Shown here: positions 1 to 11,100 of the stretch, piece by piece | How the letters are laid out: each line of letters starts with the position of its first letter | Numbering within the stretch: position 1 is the first letter of the stretch | From: Dehalococcoidia bacterium | GTDB taxonomy: Bacteria; Chloroflexota; Dehalococcoidia; UBA6926 | Assembly: GCA_963666115.2 (NCBI GenBank) | Contig: CAXXET010000004.1 | Coordinates: 64,001-128,000 of the forward strand | Direction of reading: 5' to 3' | DNA: 64,000 nucleotides | Translations under genes and position numbers: made by a program | Notes under the pieces: generated by a model | The model's database searches: none | Seen by the model: only the letters and a program-made list of their open reading frames with translations | What the model was told of the DNA's origin: nothing

Positions 1-3000
1 GGCCTGTCGACGAGTCGATTGCGAACTTGTCCTCGTCCGTTCCGGTCAGAGAATACGTGAGCGTGTTGTTCTCGGTATCGGTTGCCGTCACGGGCGCGCC
101 CACGTTCGTGCCTGCCGCCGAGTTCTCCGCGATGGACCGATCAACAGTGGGCGCCCCAAACTGCGCGTTCTCGTTCTTGTCCTCCGTCCTGGCGGAGGCG
201 CTGTCCGACCATGCGCTGCTCCCCTCGTCGTTCACCGCCTGCACCTGGACCGTATACCTGGTTCCCTCGTCCAGGCCGGTAAGCGTCGTGCTCGTGCCTG
301 TTCCGCTAAAGGTGTGCGATGTCCACGTCAAGTCGATGCTCTTCTTGTACTGGACGTCATAATCCGTGAGCACGGGCTTGCCCGTTACGTCCGGCGCAGT
401 CCAGCTCACATCCAGTTGGGTCTTCGGAGTCGTCGCGTTCTGCGCGACCGTTGGCGCGGCTGGCTTGGCGGGCGGCTCCGCAGCGTCCGTCACGTTGATC
501 GTCACCGCGATGGTGTCGTCCACCACCGTGTCCGCGTTCCCGTCCGAGTCCTTCCCGTCGCTCACGCCGACAGTCACGCTGTACGACGTCTTGGCCTCAT
601 AATCCAGCGCCGCCGAAACCGTGATCTGCCCCGTGCTTGTATCCAGCGAGAAGCTGGCTGCGTCGGTTCCCGTCAGGCTGTACGCCAGCGTGTCGCCCTC
701 CGTGTCCGTTGCCGTCACGGGCGCGCCGATAGTTGCGCCTGCCACCGAGTTCTCCGCGATGCTGCGCGTCGCCGTGCTGTCTGCGAACGCGGGGTTCACG
801 TTCGCGTCCTGCGTCGTTGCGGAGCCGCTGTCCGACCACTCGCTGTTCCCCTCGTCGTTCTTCGCCTTCACCTGCGCGTCGTATGACGTTCCCGCATCCA
901 GGCCGGTGATCGTCGTGCTCGTGCCGGTCCCCGTGAAGCTGTGCGATGTCCACGAAGAATCGGTGCTCTTCTTGTACTGCACGTCGTAATCGCTGATTGC
1001 GGGCTTGCCCGTCATGTCCGGCGCAGTCCAACTCACGTCCAGCTTGGTCTTCGGAGTCGTCGTGTTCTGCGCCGCCGTCGGCGCGGCCGGCTTGGCGGGC
1101 GGCTCATTCACGTCCGTCACGTTGATTGTCACCGTGATGGTGTCGTCGATCTTGGTGTCCGCGTTGTCGTCGCTGTCCTTCCGGTCGCTTACCTCTACGG
1201 TGACGCTGTAGGAGGTCTTGGCCTCGTAGTTGGGCACGCTGCCCGATTTCACGGTTATCTGGCCGGTGTTCAGTCCGACGTTGAACGTGCCGCCGTCGGC
1301 GCCGGACAGGCTGTAGTACAGCGTGTTGCCCTCGGTATCGGAGGCGGTGATTGCCGTGCCCACGTTGCTGCCCGCCGTCGAGTTCTCGGCGATGCTGCGG
1401 GTTGCCGTATCGGCCGGGAACTGCGCGTGAACGTTCGCGTCCTGCGTATTCGTGGAGCCGCTGTCAGACCACCCGCTGTTCCCCTCGTCGTTCTTCGCCT
1501 TCACCTGCACGTCGTATGACGTTCCCTCGTCAAGCCCTGTCAACCGCGTGGTGGTCCCCGCCCCGGTGAAGCTGTGTGACGTCCATGAGTTGTCGCTCGT
1601 CTTCTTGTACTGCACGTCATAGTCACTGATCGCCGGTTTGCCCGTCATGTCCGGCGCAGTCCAGCTTACGTTCAGTTCCGTCTTCGGCGTGGCCGAGTGC
1701 TGCCAGACCGAGGGCGCGGCAGGTTTGGCCGGCGGCTCGTTCACGTCCGTCACGTTGATCGTCACCGTCGCCGTGTCGTCAACCGACGTGTCATTGCCCT
1801 CCTGGTCGTTCTTGCCGTCCGAGACGTCCACCTCGACCGTGTATGAACTCTTGGCTTCATAATCCAGGCTCGTGCCGCTCTTGACCGTGATCTGGCCCGT
1901 TGAACTATCGATCTCGAACTTGTCCTTGTCCGTTCCGTCCAGCGAATACGTCAGCGTATCGCCGTCCGCGTCCGTCCCCGTCACCACCGCCCCGACGTTC
2001 GTATCCGCAACGGAATTCTCCGCCACGCTCCGGCTGGCTGTCGCGCTAATCACCGGCGCAGCATTCGCCTGCGTCGACCTCGTGCCGCTCGCCGACCATG
2101 CGCTGTCGCCCTCGTCGTTCGTCGCCATGATCTGCACGTCATACGACGTTCCCGCCGTTAGCCCCGTAAGCGTGGTGGACGTTCCGGTTCCCGTGAAGCT
2201 GTGGTCTGTCCACGAGTTATCGCTCGTCTTCTTGTACTGCACGTCATAGTCCGTGAGAGCGGGCTTGCCCGTCATCGTGGGCGCAGTCCAGCTCACGTCC
2301 AGCTTGTACTTCGGCGACGTGGAATGCGCGCTCAGCGTCGGCGCGGCAGGCGCGGCAGGCACCTCGGCAACGTCCGTCACGTTGATCGTCACCGGAATCA
2401 CGTAGCTCCCCGGCGCGTTCGGCGTAAGGTTCTCGGACTGCGCCTGAACCTGCGCCACCGCCGCCGTCACTGTGACCGTCACGCTGTAGCTTGTCTTGCT
2501 CTCATAATCCAGGCTCGTCCCGCTCTTGACCTTAATCTGGCCGCTGGACGACTCAATCGTGAACTTGCCCGCGTCCGTCCCGCTCAGCGCGTGCGTGAAA
2601 TCGTAATTGTTCGGGTTGGAGGTAGCGGTGACGGCAGAGCCGACGTTCGCTCCCGCAGCCGAGTTCTCCGTTACGCTGCGGCTCATGCCGCCCGCCGTCG
2701 TGACCGCCGTCCCCGACGCCGACCACCCGCTGTCACCCTCGTCGTTCGTCGCCTGCACCTGCACTTCATACGTCTTGCCCGCCGTCAGGCTGCCGATGCT
2801 CGTTGACGTGCCCGTTCCCGTGAACGTGTGCGAAATCCACGATGCGTCTCCAACCTTCCGGTACTTCACGTCGTAATCGCTGAGCGCAGGCTTGCCCGTC
2901 ATGCTAGGCGCAGTCCATGACACGTCGATCTTGCTTGTCGGTGTTGTCGAATTCGCGCTCACCGTCGGCGCGGCGGGCGCGGCAGGCGGCTCGTTCACGT

Positions 3001-6000
3001 CCGTCACGTTGATCGTCACCGCAATCGTGTCATCGATTGCGGTGTTGGCCGTGCCGTCCGACGCCTTCTTGTCGGTCACGTTCACCGTCACGCTGTACGA
3101 GGTCTTCGCCTCATAATTGGGGACGTTGCCCGTCTTGACTGTGATCTGCCCCATCGTCGACCCAATGTTGAACTTGGAGGCGTCCGTTCCCGTCAGCGAA
3201 TACGTCAGTGTGTCGCCCTCCGGGTCCGCCCCCGCAGCAACCGCCGCGCCGATGCTGCTCCCCGCCGTCGTGTTCTCGGCGACGCTGCGCGTGGCCGTCG
3301 CCGCGCTGAACTGCGCCTTTTCATTCACGTTGGTCACGTTGATGGTGACCGCGATCGTGTCATCAATCGCCGTATCCGCCGTGTCGTCCGCTGCTTTCTT
3401 GTCCGAGACGTTCACCGTCACCGAATACGATGTCGTGGTCTCATAGTCGAGCGTCGTGCCGCTCGCCACGGTGATCTGCCCCGTGCTTGAGCCGATGTCG
3501 AACTTGCTCGCGTCCGTTCCGGTCAGCGTGTACTCAACCGTGTCGCCCTCAGGATCGGCCCCGGCGGCGACCGCCGCGCCCACGTTGCTGTTCGCCGCCG
3601 AGTTCTCAGCGATGCTCCGCGTCGCCGTCGCCGCGCTGAACTCCGGCCCCTCGTTCACGTCCGTCACGTTAATCGTCACCGCGATTGTGTCGTCGATCAC
3701 CGTGTCCGCGGTGCCGTCCGATGCCTTCTTGTCGCTCACGTTCACCGTCACGCTGTACGAAGTCTTCGTCTCGTAGTCCGGGATATTCCCCGTCTTGACC
3801 GTGATCTGCCCCGTCGTTGACCCAATGTTGAACTTCGAGGCATCCGTTCCCGTCAGCGTGTAGTACAGCGTGTCCGTTGTCGGGTACGGATCGGTCGCCG
3901 TCACCGCCGTTCCCACGTTCGTTCCCGCCGCCGAGTTCTCCGCGACGCTCCGCGTCGCCGTGTCGTCGGAGAACGTGGGATCCAGGTTGTCAACGGTCGA
4001 GCCCTTGACCACGTTTGACCAATCAGGGCCATAGTTCGTGAATTCGTCCTGGGCCTTCATACGGAACTGGTACTTGGTATTCCGGTCGAGGCCGGAGACC
4101 TCATAGCTCGTAACGGGATTGTCGCTCCCGTCCACGGCATCGACGAACTTGAAGCTCGAATCGTTCGTCCAGTCGGTGTCGGTATCCTTCATCCAGGCGA
4201 TGAAGAACTTATCGACGTCGTCGTAGTCCGGGTCCGCTGTCTTCCCGCTCGATACGCTTCTGTCGAGCGGCTCGTTCCACGAGATGATGAGCGTGTCGTA
4301 GGGGCGGGAGGTCTTGGGCGAGACGCTGACGCCCGTCACCTTCGCTGGCTTGTACTGCTCGTTGGTCACGTTGATGGTCACCGCGATGGTGTCGTCGATA
4401 ACCGTGTCTGCCGCGCCGTCCGCGTCCTTCCTGTCGCTCACGTTCACGGTCACGCTGTAGCTGCTCTTCGTCTCATAGTCCAGCGACGTTCCGCTGGCCA
4501 CCGTGATCTGACCCGTCGTGGAGCCAACGCTGAAGCTGCTTGCGTCCGTCCCCGTCAGCGTGTAGTACAGCGTGTCATTGTCGTCATCGCTCGCCGTGAT
4601 CACCGCGCCCACGTTCGTCCCCGACGCCGAGTTCTCCTTCACACTGCGTGTGGCCGACGAGCCGGAAAACTCCGGCGCGTCGTTCTTGTCCGTCACGTTG
4701 ATGGTGACGGCGATGTTGTAGTCGCCCGGCGCGTTCGGATCCAGCGTGAAGCTCTGCCCGGTGGCCCCGCCGCCGGACGACGCCGCCTTGACCGTCACGA
4801 TGACGCTGTAGCTGCTCTTCGTCTCATAGTCCAGGCTCGTGCCGGTCTTCACCGTGATCTGCCCCGTGCCTGAGCCGATGCTGAACTTCCCTGCGTCCGT
4901 GCCGCCCAGGCTGTGCGTCAGCGTGTAGCCGTTGGTGTTGGCGCTGGTGGTTACCGCCGCGCCCACGTTCGTTCCCGCCGCCGAGTTCTCGTCGATCGAC
5001 CGCGTCACCGCATTCGAGTAGGTGGTCCCCGACCCGGTGTCAGACCACCCGCTGTCTCCCTCGTCGTTCGTCGCCCGCACCTGCGCGTCGTACTTCTTGC
5101 CCGCCGTCAGGCCGGTTATCGTCACGCTCGTCGTCGTGCTGGTCGTGCCCGCGTCCCACTCCGTCCAGTCCGTCGTGCCGGACAACCGGTACTGCACGTC
5201 GTAGTCCGTGATGGCAGGCCCCGTATTGGACGGCGCCGTCCAGCTAACGTCCAGCTCCGTTGCTGGGGTCGTCGTGTTGGCCGTCACCGTGGGCGCGCCC
5301 GGCGTGGACGGCGCTTCCGTCACGTCCGTCACGTTGATCGTCACGCTGATGGTGTCGTCGATGGCCGTGTTGGCTGTGCCGTCCGCGGCCTTCTTGTCCG
5401 TGACGTTCACCGTGACGCTGTAGGAGGTCTGGGTCTCATAGTTGGGCACGTTGCCCGTCTTGACGCTTATCTGGCCGGTGGTTGAGCCGATGGCCAGCTT
5501 GCTCGCGTCCGTTCCCGTCAGCGAGTACGTCAGCGTGTCGCCCTCAGGATCCGCCCCGGCGGCCACGGCCGCGCCGATGTTCGTCCCAACCGCCGAGTTC
5601 TCCGCGATGGAGCGCGTCGCGGTTGCGCTGCTGAACTGCGCCGGCTCGTTCACGTTCGTCACGTTGATCGTGACCGGGATGATGTAGCTGCCCGTTCCGT
5701 TGGGGCTGAGGCCGGTGTTCCCCGCCCCTGTCGAGCTGCCCGCAGACGCCGCCATGGTTACGGTGACGCTGTACGACGTCTTGGTCTCGTAGTCCGGGAC
5801 GTTGCCCGTCTTGACCGTGATCTGCCCCGTCGTTGAGCCGATGTCGAATGTGCTCGCGTCGGTTCCGCCCAGGGAGTAGGCCAGCGTGTAGCCATTGGGG
5901 TTGGAATCGGCGTCCACCGCCGCGCCGATGTTCGTCCCAACCGCCGAGTTCTCGGCGATGCTGCGGGACTGGGTGGTGTACTGCGTGATGGCCGTGCCGG

Positions 6001-7006
6001 AGTCGGACCAGGCGCCGGTGCCCTCGGCGTCCTTGCCGGCCACCTGCACGTCGTAGCTCTTGCCGGCTGTCAGGCCGCTGATCTCCGTGCTCAGTCCCGT
6101 GCCGCTGACGCTGTGGCTCGTCCAACTGCTCGCCCCGGTCTGCCGGTACTGCACGGCATAGCCGGTGACGCCGCCTGAGTGGGTGGATGTCGGGGCGGTC
6201 CAGGACACGTCCAGCTTGGAAGTCGGCGAGGTCGCGTCCCTGGCCACCGTGGGCGCGCCCGGCTTGGCCGGCCCGGTTATGTTGTTGATGCTGACCGTAA
6301 CGGCGCGGTGGGACTTGTAGGTTGTGCCGCTATCCACCACGTCGTACCTGACCGTGCCGCTGTAGCCGGTCTTGGTCTCGTAGTCCAGGGTCGCGCCGGA
6401 CTTCACCTCAATCAGTCCGGTGCTGCTGCTGATGGTGAATGCTGTGGGGGCGTCCCCGTAAGCATTGGGCTCGTCCGATTCAAGCGTCCAGTTGCTGGCG
6501 CCGCTGTTGTACACCCCCACTTTGCCCACGTCTGTGCCGGCTGCCGAGTTCTCGTTCACCGACACGCCTGACCCGCTGGTGGTGCAGGTCATCTTGAACT
6601 TCCACGTGAAGTCTGCGGAGAGGCCGCCGGGGTCCGTCGCCGTGGTGGTTATGGTCACCCACGTGTCGGCCGGATGGTTCGCGCGAATCCTGACGGGGTC
6701 GTGCTGCGTGATGGCCACCAGCCCGGGATGCGAGCTGGTCGAAGCGATGCTCAGCGTGTCGCCGTCCGGGTCTGAGAAATAGCTCGACTCGCCGGTGGGG
6801 TACGACACCCCGTGATTCTTGTAGCAGTCGTTGTCGCCGCCGCTTGCCCGATGGTGGGTATCGTGGGTGCTGGCTATCACCTGGGGCGCCTGGTTGGCCT
6901 GGCCGCTCGCGCCGTCCGCAGACGCCGGCAGCGGCAGCGCCAAAACGGGGAACACAACGGCAAACGCCAGGAAAACAGAAAACGCCCGCCGCCCCCTCAC
7001 AAACAT
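1..7006 (-). CDS. Giant secreted cadherin/fibronectin-III repeat adhesin, 3' end beyond the window (>=2,335 aa)
   Basis: Read manually: ATG at 7006 gives MFVRGRRAFSVFLAFAVVFPVLALPLPASADG (signal peptide). The same frame at the left edge reads LTYSLTGTDEDKFAIDSSTG. Recurrent cadherin motifs (AENSxxGTNVG, DxEGDTL, DYETKxSYxVTV) alternate with FN3 motifs (WTAP..YDVQYK..YDVQVxAxNDEGxSxWS). Missing from the ORF track, presumably because no stop lies in the window. Confidence 0.9.
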   Translation of the reverse strand, partial: MFVRGRRAFSVFLAFAVVFPVLALPLPASADGASGQANQAPQVIASTHDTHHRASGGDNDCYKNHGVSYPTGESSYFSDPDGDTLSIASTSSHPGLVAITQHDPVRIRANHPADTWVTITTTATDPGGLSADFTWKFKMTCTTSGSGVSVNENSAAGTDVGKVGVYNSGASNWTLESDEPNAYGDAPTAFTISSSTGLIEVKSGATLDYETKTGYSGTVRYDVVDSGTTYKSHRAVTVSINNITGPAKPGAPTVARDATSPTSKLDVSWTAPTSTHSGGVTGYAVQYRQTGASSWTSHSVSGTGLSTEISGLTAGKSYDVQVAGKDAEGTGAWSDSGTAITQYTTQSRSIAENSAVGTNIGAAVDADSNPNGYTLAYSLGGTDASTFDIGSTTGQITVKTGNVPDYETKTSYSVTVTMAASAGSSTGAGNTGLSPNGTGSYIIPVTINVTNVNEPAQFSSATATRSIAENSAVGTNIGAAVAAGADPEGDTLTYSLTGTDASKLAIGSTTGQISVKTGNVPNYETQTSYSVTVNVTDKKAADGTANTAIDDTISVTINVTDVTEAPSTPGAPTVTANTTTPATELDVSWTAPSNTGPAITDYDVQYRLSGTTDWTEWDAGTTSTTTSVTITGLTAGKKYDAQVRATNDEGDSGWSDTGSGTTYSNAVTRSIDENSAAGTNVGAAVTTSANTNGYTLTHSLGGTDAGKFSIGSGTGQITVKTGTSLDYETKSSYSVIVTVKAASSGGGATGQSFTLDPNAPGDYNIAVTINVTDKNDAPEFSGSSATRSVKENSASGTNVGAVITASDDDNDTLYYTLTGTDASSFSVGSTTGQITVASGTSLDYETKSSYSVTVNVSDRKDADGAADTVIDDTIAVTINVTNEQYKPAKVTGVSVSPKTSRPYDTLIISWNEPLDRSVSSGKTADPDYDDVDKFFIAWMKDTDTDWTNDSSFKFVDAVDGSDNPVTSYEVSGLDRNTKYQFRMKAQDEFTNYGPDWSNVVKGSTVDNLDPTFSDDTATRSVAENSAAGTNVGTAVTATDPYPTTDTLYYTLTGTDASKFNIGSTTGQITVKTGNIPDYETKTSYSVTVNVSDKKASDGTADTVIDDTIAVTINVTDVNEGPEFSAATATRSIAENSAANSNVGAAVAAGADPEGDTVEYTLTGTDASKFDIGSSTGQITVASGTTLDYETTTSYSVTVNVSDKKAADDTADTAIDDTIAVTINVTNVNEKAQFSAATATRSVAENTTAGSSIGAAVAAGADPEGDTLTYSLTGTDASKFNIGSTMGQITVKTGNVPNYEAKTSYSVTVNVTDKKASDGTANTAIDDTIAVTINVTDVNEPPAAPAAPTVSANSTTPTSKIDVSWTAPSMTGKPALSDYDVKYRKVGDASWISHTFTGTGTSTSIGSLTAGKTYEVQVQATNDEGDSGWSASGTAVTTAGGMSRSVTENSAAGANVGSAVTATSNPNNYDFTHALSGTDAGKFTIESSSGQIKVKSGTSLDYESKTSYSVTVTVTAAVAQVQAQSENLTPNAPGSYVIPVTINVTDVAEVPAAPAAPTLSAHSTSPKYKLDVSWTAPTMTGKPALTDYDVQYKKTSDNSWTDHSFTGTGTSTTLTGLTAGTSYDVQIMATNDEGDSAWSASGTRSTQANAAPVISATASRSVAENSVADTNVGAVVTGTDADGDTLTYSLDGTDKDKFEIDSSTGQITVKSGTSLDYEAKSSYTVEVDVSDGKNDQEGNDTSVDDTATVTINVTDVNEPPAKPAAPSVWQHSATPKTELNVSWTAPDMTGKPAISDYDVQYKKTSDNSWTSHSFTGAGTTTRLTGLDEGTSYDVQVKAKNDEGNSGWSDSGSTNTQDANVHAQFPADTATRSIAENSTAGSNVGTAITASDTEGNTLYYSLSGADGGTFNVGLNTGQITVKSGSVPNYEAKTSYSVTVEVSDRKDSDDNADTKIDDTITVTINVTDVNEPPAKPAAPTAAQNTTTPKTKLDVSWTAPDMTGKPAISDYDVQYKKSTDSSWTSHSFTGTGTSTTITGLDAGTSYDAQVKAKNDEGNSEWSDSGSATTQDANVNPAFADSTATRSIAENSVAGATIGAPVTATDTEGDTLAYSLTGTDAASFSLDTSTGQITVSAALDYEAKTSYSVTVGVSDGKDSDGNADTVVDDTIAVTINVTDAAEPPAKPAAPTVAQNATTPKTQLDVSWTAPDVTGKPVLTDYDVQYKKSIDLTWTSHTFSGTGTSTTLTGLDEGTRYTVQVQAVNDEGSSAWSDSASARTEDKNENAQFGAPTVDRSIAENSAAGTNVGAPVTATDTENNTLTYSLTGTDEDKFAIDSSTG

Positions 7007-7092
7007 CCCCCGTCCCACACGTTGCCAGTCCGCACCAATCCCCCAACACCCGTTGTCGCCATTTACTGATACCGCTCACACCCGATAAACAA

Positions 7093-7122
7093 ATACTAAT
7101 ATGATATTCATATTGTTGTCAA
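7093..7122 (-). promoter_or_regulatory. Sigma70-type promoter of the cadherin gene with a palindromic operator in the spacer
   Basis: Minus strand TTGACA (7122-7117), 18-nt spacer, TAGTAT (7098-7093). Inverted repeat AATATGA-tat-TCATATT at 7098-7114 in an AT-rich island. Confidence 0.6.
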
Positions 7123-7202
7123 TAGCATAAGTAATGATATTGCAAGGACAATCCATCCACCCCAAAACCCTGCTACACTAGGCACACAGGAGCGCCCTCC
7201 CG

Positions 7203-7808
7203 ATGACAACCCAAACCACCCCAACCGTCGAAGAACGACTCAGCGGAGTCGAGGGCGAACTGCGCCAAATAACAGAACGCCTCCGCAACATAGAAAACAC
7301 AATCACAACCCTCGATACCAAGATCGACACAAAGTTCGACGGCCTCCGCAGCGAGTTCGATACCAAAATCGACGGTGTCCGCGCCGAAGTCGTCGGCCTC
7401 CGCAGCGATGTTGATGCCAAAGTCGAAAACATCCGGACGGAACTCAACACCATTCGGGACCAAATCGCCGCCGTAGAAGCCCGCCTGGATGCCAAATTCG
7501 ACACCAAAATCGATGAACTCCGCGCCCACGTAGACACCGTAGAATCCCGCCTGGACGCCAAGATCGATGTCCTCCGCGCAGAAATGAACGCCGGATTTGC
7601 CCGCCTCGACAAGAAAATCGATGACAGGTTCGACTACCTCGACAAGAAAATCGATGACAGGTTCGACTACCTCGACAAGAAAATCGACGACAGATTCGAC
7701 TTTCTCAGCAAGAAGATCGATCGCCTCCTCTACGCCTTCATCGGCTCCCAAACCGCAATCATCATCCTGTTCCTCACCGCCATCATCACCTTCATCCTCC
7801 GCTCCTAA
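7203..7808 (+). CDS. Coiled-coil KID-repeat protein with C-terminal membrane anchor (DUF1640/CCDC90- or Bdr-like)
   Basis: 11-aa repeats LDKKIDDRFDY and DTKID, hydrophobic C-terminus (AIIILFLTAIITFIL). RBS AGGAG at 7188; extended -10 TGcTACACT at 7171-7179. Confidence 0.75.
   Translation: MTTQTTPTVEERLSGVEGELRQITERLRNIENTITTLDTKIDTKFDGLRSEFDTKIDGVRAEVVGLRSDVDAKVENIRTELNTIRDQIAAVEARLDAKFDTKIDELRAHVDTVESRLDAKIDVLRAEMNAGFARLDKKIDDRFDYLDKKIDDRFDYLDKKIDDRFDFLSKKIDRLLYAFIGSQTAIIILFLTAIITFILRS
7605..7720 (+). repeat. 33-bp in-frame tandem repeat (two identical copies, then degenerate copies)
   Basis: ctcgacaagaaaatcgatgacaggttcgactac at 7605 and 7638; variants at 7671 and 7704. Confidence 0.9.
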
Positions 7809-7832
7809 CCCCCCCCCGTTCACCCAGCCCCA

Positions 7833-7984
7833 TGTCATTCTGAGCGCAGCGAAGAATCCAAAGCCCCAATTGCGCAGCAAATACCCCCTTTGTGAGCCAT
7901 ACGCGTCTTTAGATTCTTCGGGGCTGCGCCCCTCAGAATGACAGACATGGCCTCCCCCCAAATGACAGACATGGCCTCCCCCCA
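7833..7984. repeat. Inverted doublet of the TGTCATTCTGAG..CGAAGAATC palindromic repeat (REP/MITE-like) plus a 24-bp tandem duplication
   Basis: tgtcattctgagcgcagcgaagaatcc at 7833-7859; inverted variant at 7912-7943; aatgacagacatggcctcccccca at 7937 and 7961. Confidence 0.8.
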
Positions 7985-8135
7985 CCCTGCGCCAACACCC
8001 CCATTTAACCCCCTCTACCCCTAAAGTCACCCCAATGTGACGAAAAAACTCAAAAGCTCACACCTATGTCACCCTCTTTGCCGTATCCTTGTGCTGTCCG
8101 CATATGGACCTGGGGCATCGCAAGGGGGCATCATC

Positions 8136-11100
8136 ATGCTGAATCGATCCGCTGCCGTTCCCGCCAACGGTACCGCCGCATCTCGCGCCGCATCCCGCGT
8201 CGGACTCGCCGCAGTCCTTGTCCTGGCGGCGATCCTCGCCGCCGCAGCCCTCCTTGCCCTAACGCCCGCCCGCGCGGACGCATCCGGCGCGTCCCCCGGC
8301 CTCGTCATCCAGGGCAGCCCCATCAGCGGCTCCAGGATCAACGTCACGGAGGGCAAGTGGAGCTCCTACACCGTCAAGCTCGCCACACAGCCCTCCGCTG
8401 ATGTCACCGTCACCCTCTCCCCCCACAATGACTCCACCCGCCCCGTCCACGTCCAGTGGGGCTCCGGCCAGCCCCGCCAGAAGTCCACAACCTTCACACC
8501 CTCCAACTGGAATACCGCCCAGACCGTCAACATCTGGGGCACGCAGGATTCGGACTACCAATATCTCAACGGCCAATGGGTCGCAGGCGTCGCCAATGAA
8601 GCCGAGTGGGTCTACCACCGCGCCACCAGCAGCGACGACGATTACGACCGCGAGCAGGAGGTCCTCCAGGCCCGCGTCTCCGACGATGACGGCATCACCG
8701 CCACCGCATCATCCCTCACCGTCACGGAGGGCGGCTCCTCCACCTACAACATCTCCCTCATCACCGCCCCCGCCGCCGGCTACACCGTCTCCGTCTCCTT
8801 CAGCGTCGCCGGCGACTCCGACATCACCGTCAGCCCCTCATCCCTCTCCTTCAACGCGGACAACTACACCGTCGCACAGACCGTCACCGTCTCCGCCGCC
8901 CCGGACGCGGACACTGCCAACGGCACGGCCACAATCACCCACACCGCCACCGGCGGCAACTACAGCTACAGCCGCGGCACGGTCGCCGTCACGGAGAATG
9001 ACACCGGCGCGGCCGCCGTCACACCCACCCCAACACCCACGCCGCCCCCAACACCCGCCCCCAAGGCAAGCCTCATCGTCACCACGCCCGACGAGTGCGA
9101 CAAGGACACGCTGGACGTCAATGACAACGTCATCGACGGCATGAAGGTCGCCCAGGGCGAGTCCTGCACCTTTGACGTCGTCCTCGGCAAGCAGCCCAAC
9201 GCCGACGTCGCCGTGAATATCTACAAGTACGGCGATGCCGACGGCGTCCTCTCCTACAGCCCCGCCAAGCTCACCTTCACCAACGCCAACTGGGACACGA
9301 AGCAGACCGTCACCGTCACCTCTGCCGCCACCCAGTACCACGGCCTCCGCCAGGCCAACATGATGATCCGCACCGGCAACACCAAGGACACCACCGGCTA
9401 CCACAACCTCCCCTGGACGTATCTCCGCGTCAACCAGGTCAAGGGCCCGGGCATCATCCTCTCCGCCCCCGGCATCGTCCACAGCGGCGGTCACTCCGCC
9501 ATCTCCGTCACGGAGGGCTCCTCCCTCGGCTATGACGTCAAGCTCAACACCAAGCCCACCGCCAACGTCACCGTCACCGTCGCCCAGCCCACGTCCGGCG
9601 ACACTGACCTCACACTCGTCGGCGCCGACTCTGACAACCAGCGCGTGCTCACGTTCACCCCGTCTAACTGGAACACCGCCCAGCTCGTCACCATCGCCGC
9701 AGCCCATGACGTCGATCTCGTCAACGGTTCTCGCACATTCGTCAACACCGCCGCCAGCGACGATTCCGACTACAACGACAAATACACCGACCTAACGGCC
9801 ACCGAGATCGAGGACGACAAAGCCTCCCTCGTTCTCTCATCCACCGCGGTAACCGTCCCCGAGGGCGGCACGGCAACCTACACCGTCAAGCTCAGCAACC
9901 AGCCGTCCGGCGCCGTCACGATTGACATCGAAGCCCTAACCGGGCGAGAGGTCACTCCGGTGGCCACCGAGGGCGACAGGGACCTCAGGGGCTCGCCCGG
10001 AACCCTCACCTTCAGCACGACCAACTGGAACGTCGCGCAAACCGTGACTCTGACCGCCGATGAGGACGGAGACGACCTCGCCGGAACCCGCACCATACGC
10101 CACACCGCGTCCGACACGAGCGCCGAGTTCAGCGGCCTCGTCGTGCACCTCGTCGCCACCGAGGGCGAGAACGATTCCCGCGGCTTCAAACTCTCTCGCT
10201 CTAGCCCCATCACCCTCAATGAGGGCGGCTCCACTACCTACACCATCAAGCTCGGGACCGAGCCCACAGCCGACGTCGTCATCGCCCTCAACGCCGAGGG
10301 CGACAGCGACATCACCGTCGCCCCCGCATCCATGACCTTCACCTCCGTCAATTACGCCACGGCCCAGACCGTGACCATATCCGCCGCAGAGGACGACACC
10401 GACTACGCGGATGACACCGCCAACATCTCCCACTCCATCACCACCACGGATGCCATCTACGTTGAACAGTTCATCGGCACGATGCACGTCACCGCCAAGG
10501 AGAATGACGCCGCGCTGGTCCTGTCCGTCAACACCCTCCAGGTGCCGGAGAACGGCACCGCCGAATACACCGTCGCGCTGACCAACCGTCCCACCGGCGA
10601 CGTCACCGTCACCATCACGGAAGGCACGACGACGAACGACGACACGAGCATTACCGTCACCAGGCCCTCCAGCAAGGTTCTCACCTTCACCACCGCCACG
10701 TGGAACAGCCCGACGACCGTCACGCTGCGGGCCGCGTCTGATTCGGACGCCGTGAACGGAACGCGGACCATCAGCCACACCGCCTCCGGCGGCGGTTTCG
10801 ACAGCGCCCCGGCGCAGACCCTAACCGCCATCGAGAGCGACACCCGCGCCACCGTCATCCTCCGCAACAGCGCGGACACCGCGAATATCAGCAGCATCGC
10901 CGTGACGGAGGGCAGCAGCGCCACCTACAAGGTTGAGCTCGGCGCCCAGCCGTCCTCGGACGTCACCGTCACCGTCGGCAGGACCGGCGACACCAACGTC
11001 ACCGCAAGCCCCGCCTCCCTCACCTTCACGTCATCGAACTGGGACACCCCGCAGACCGTCACCCTGAGCGCGGCGAGCGACACAGACCTCGCCAACGGCA

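Noticed and set aside
27-6782. Many + strand ORFs of 60-200 aa
   Set aside because: Antisense shadows of the repetitive minus-strand cadherin gene; the same applies to minus-strand ORFs over 8136-15992 and to ORFs overlapping the PKS and addAB.
7605-7720. 33-bp repeats as a CRISPR array
   Set aside because: Contiguous, spacer-less and in frame within a protein.
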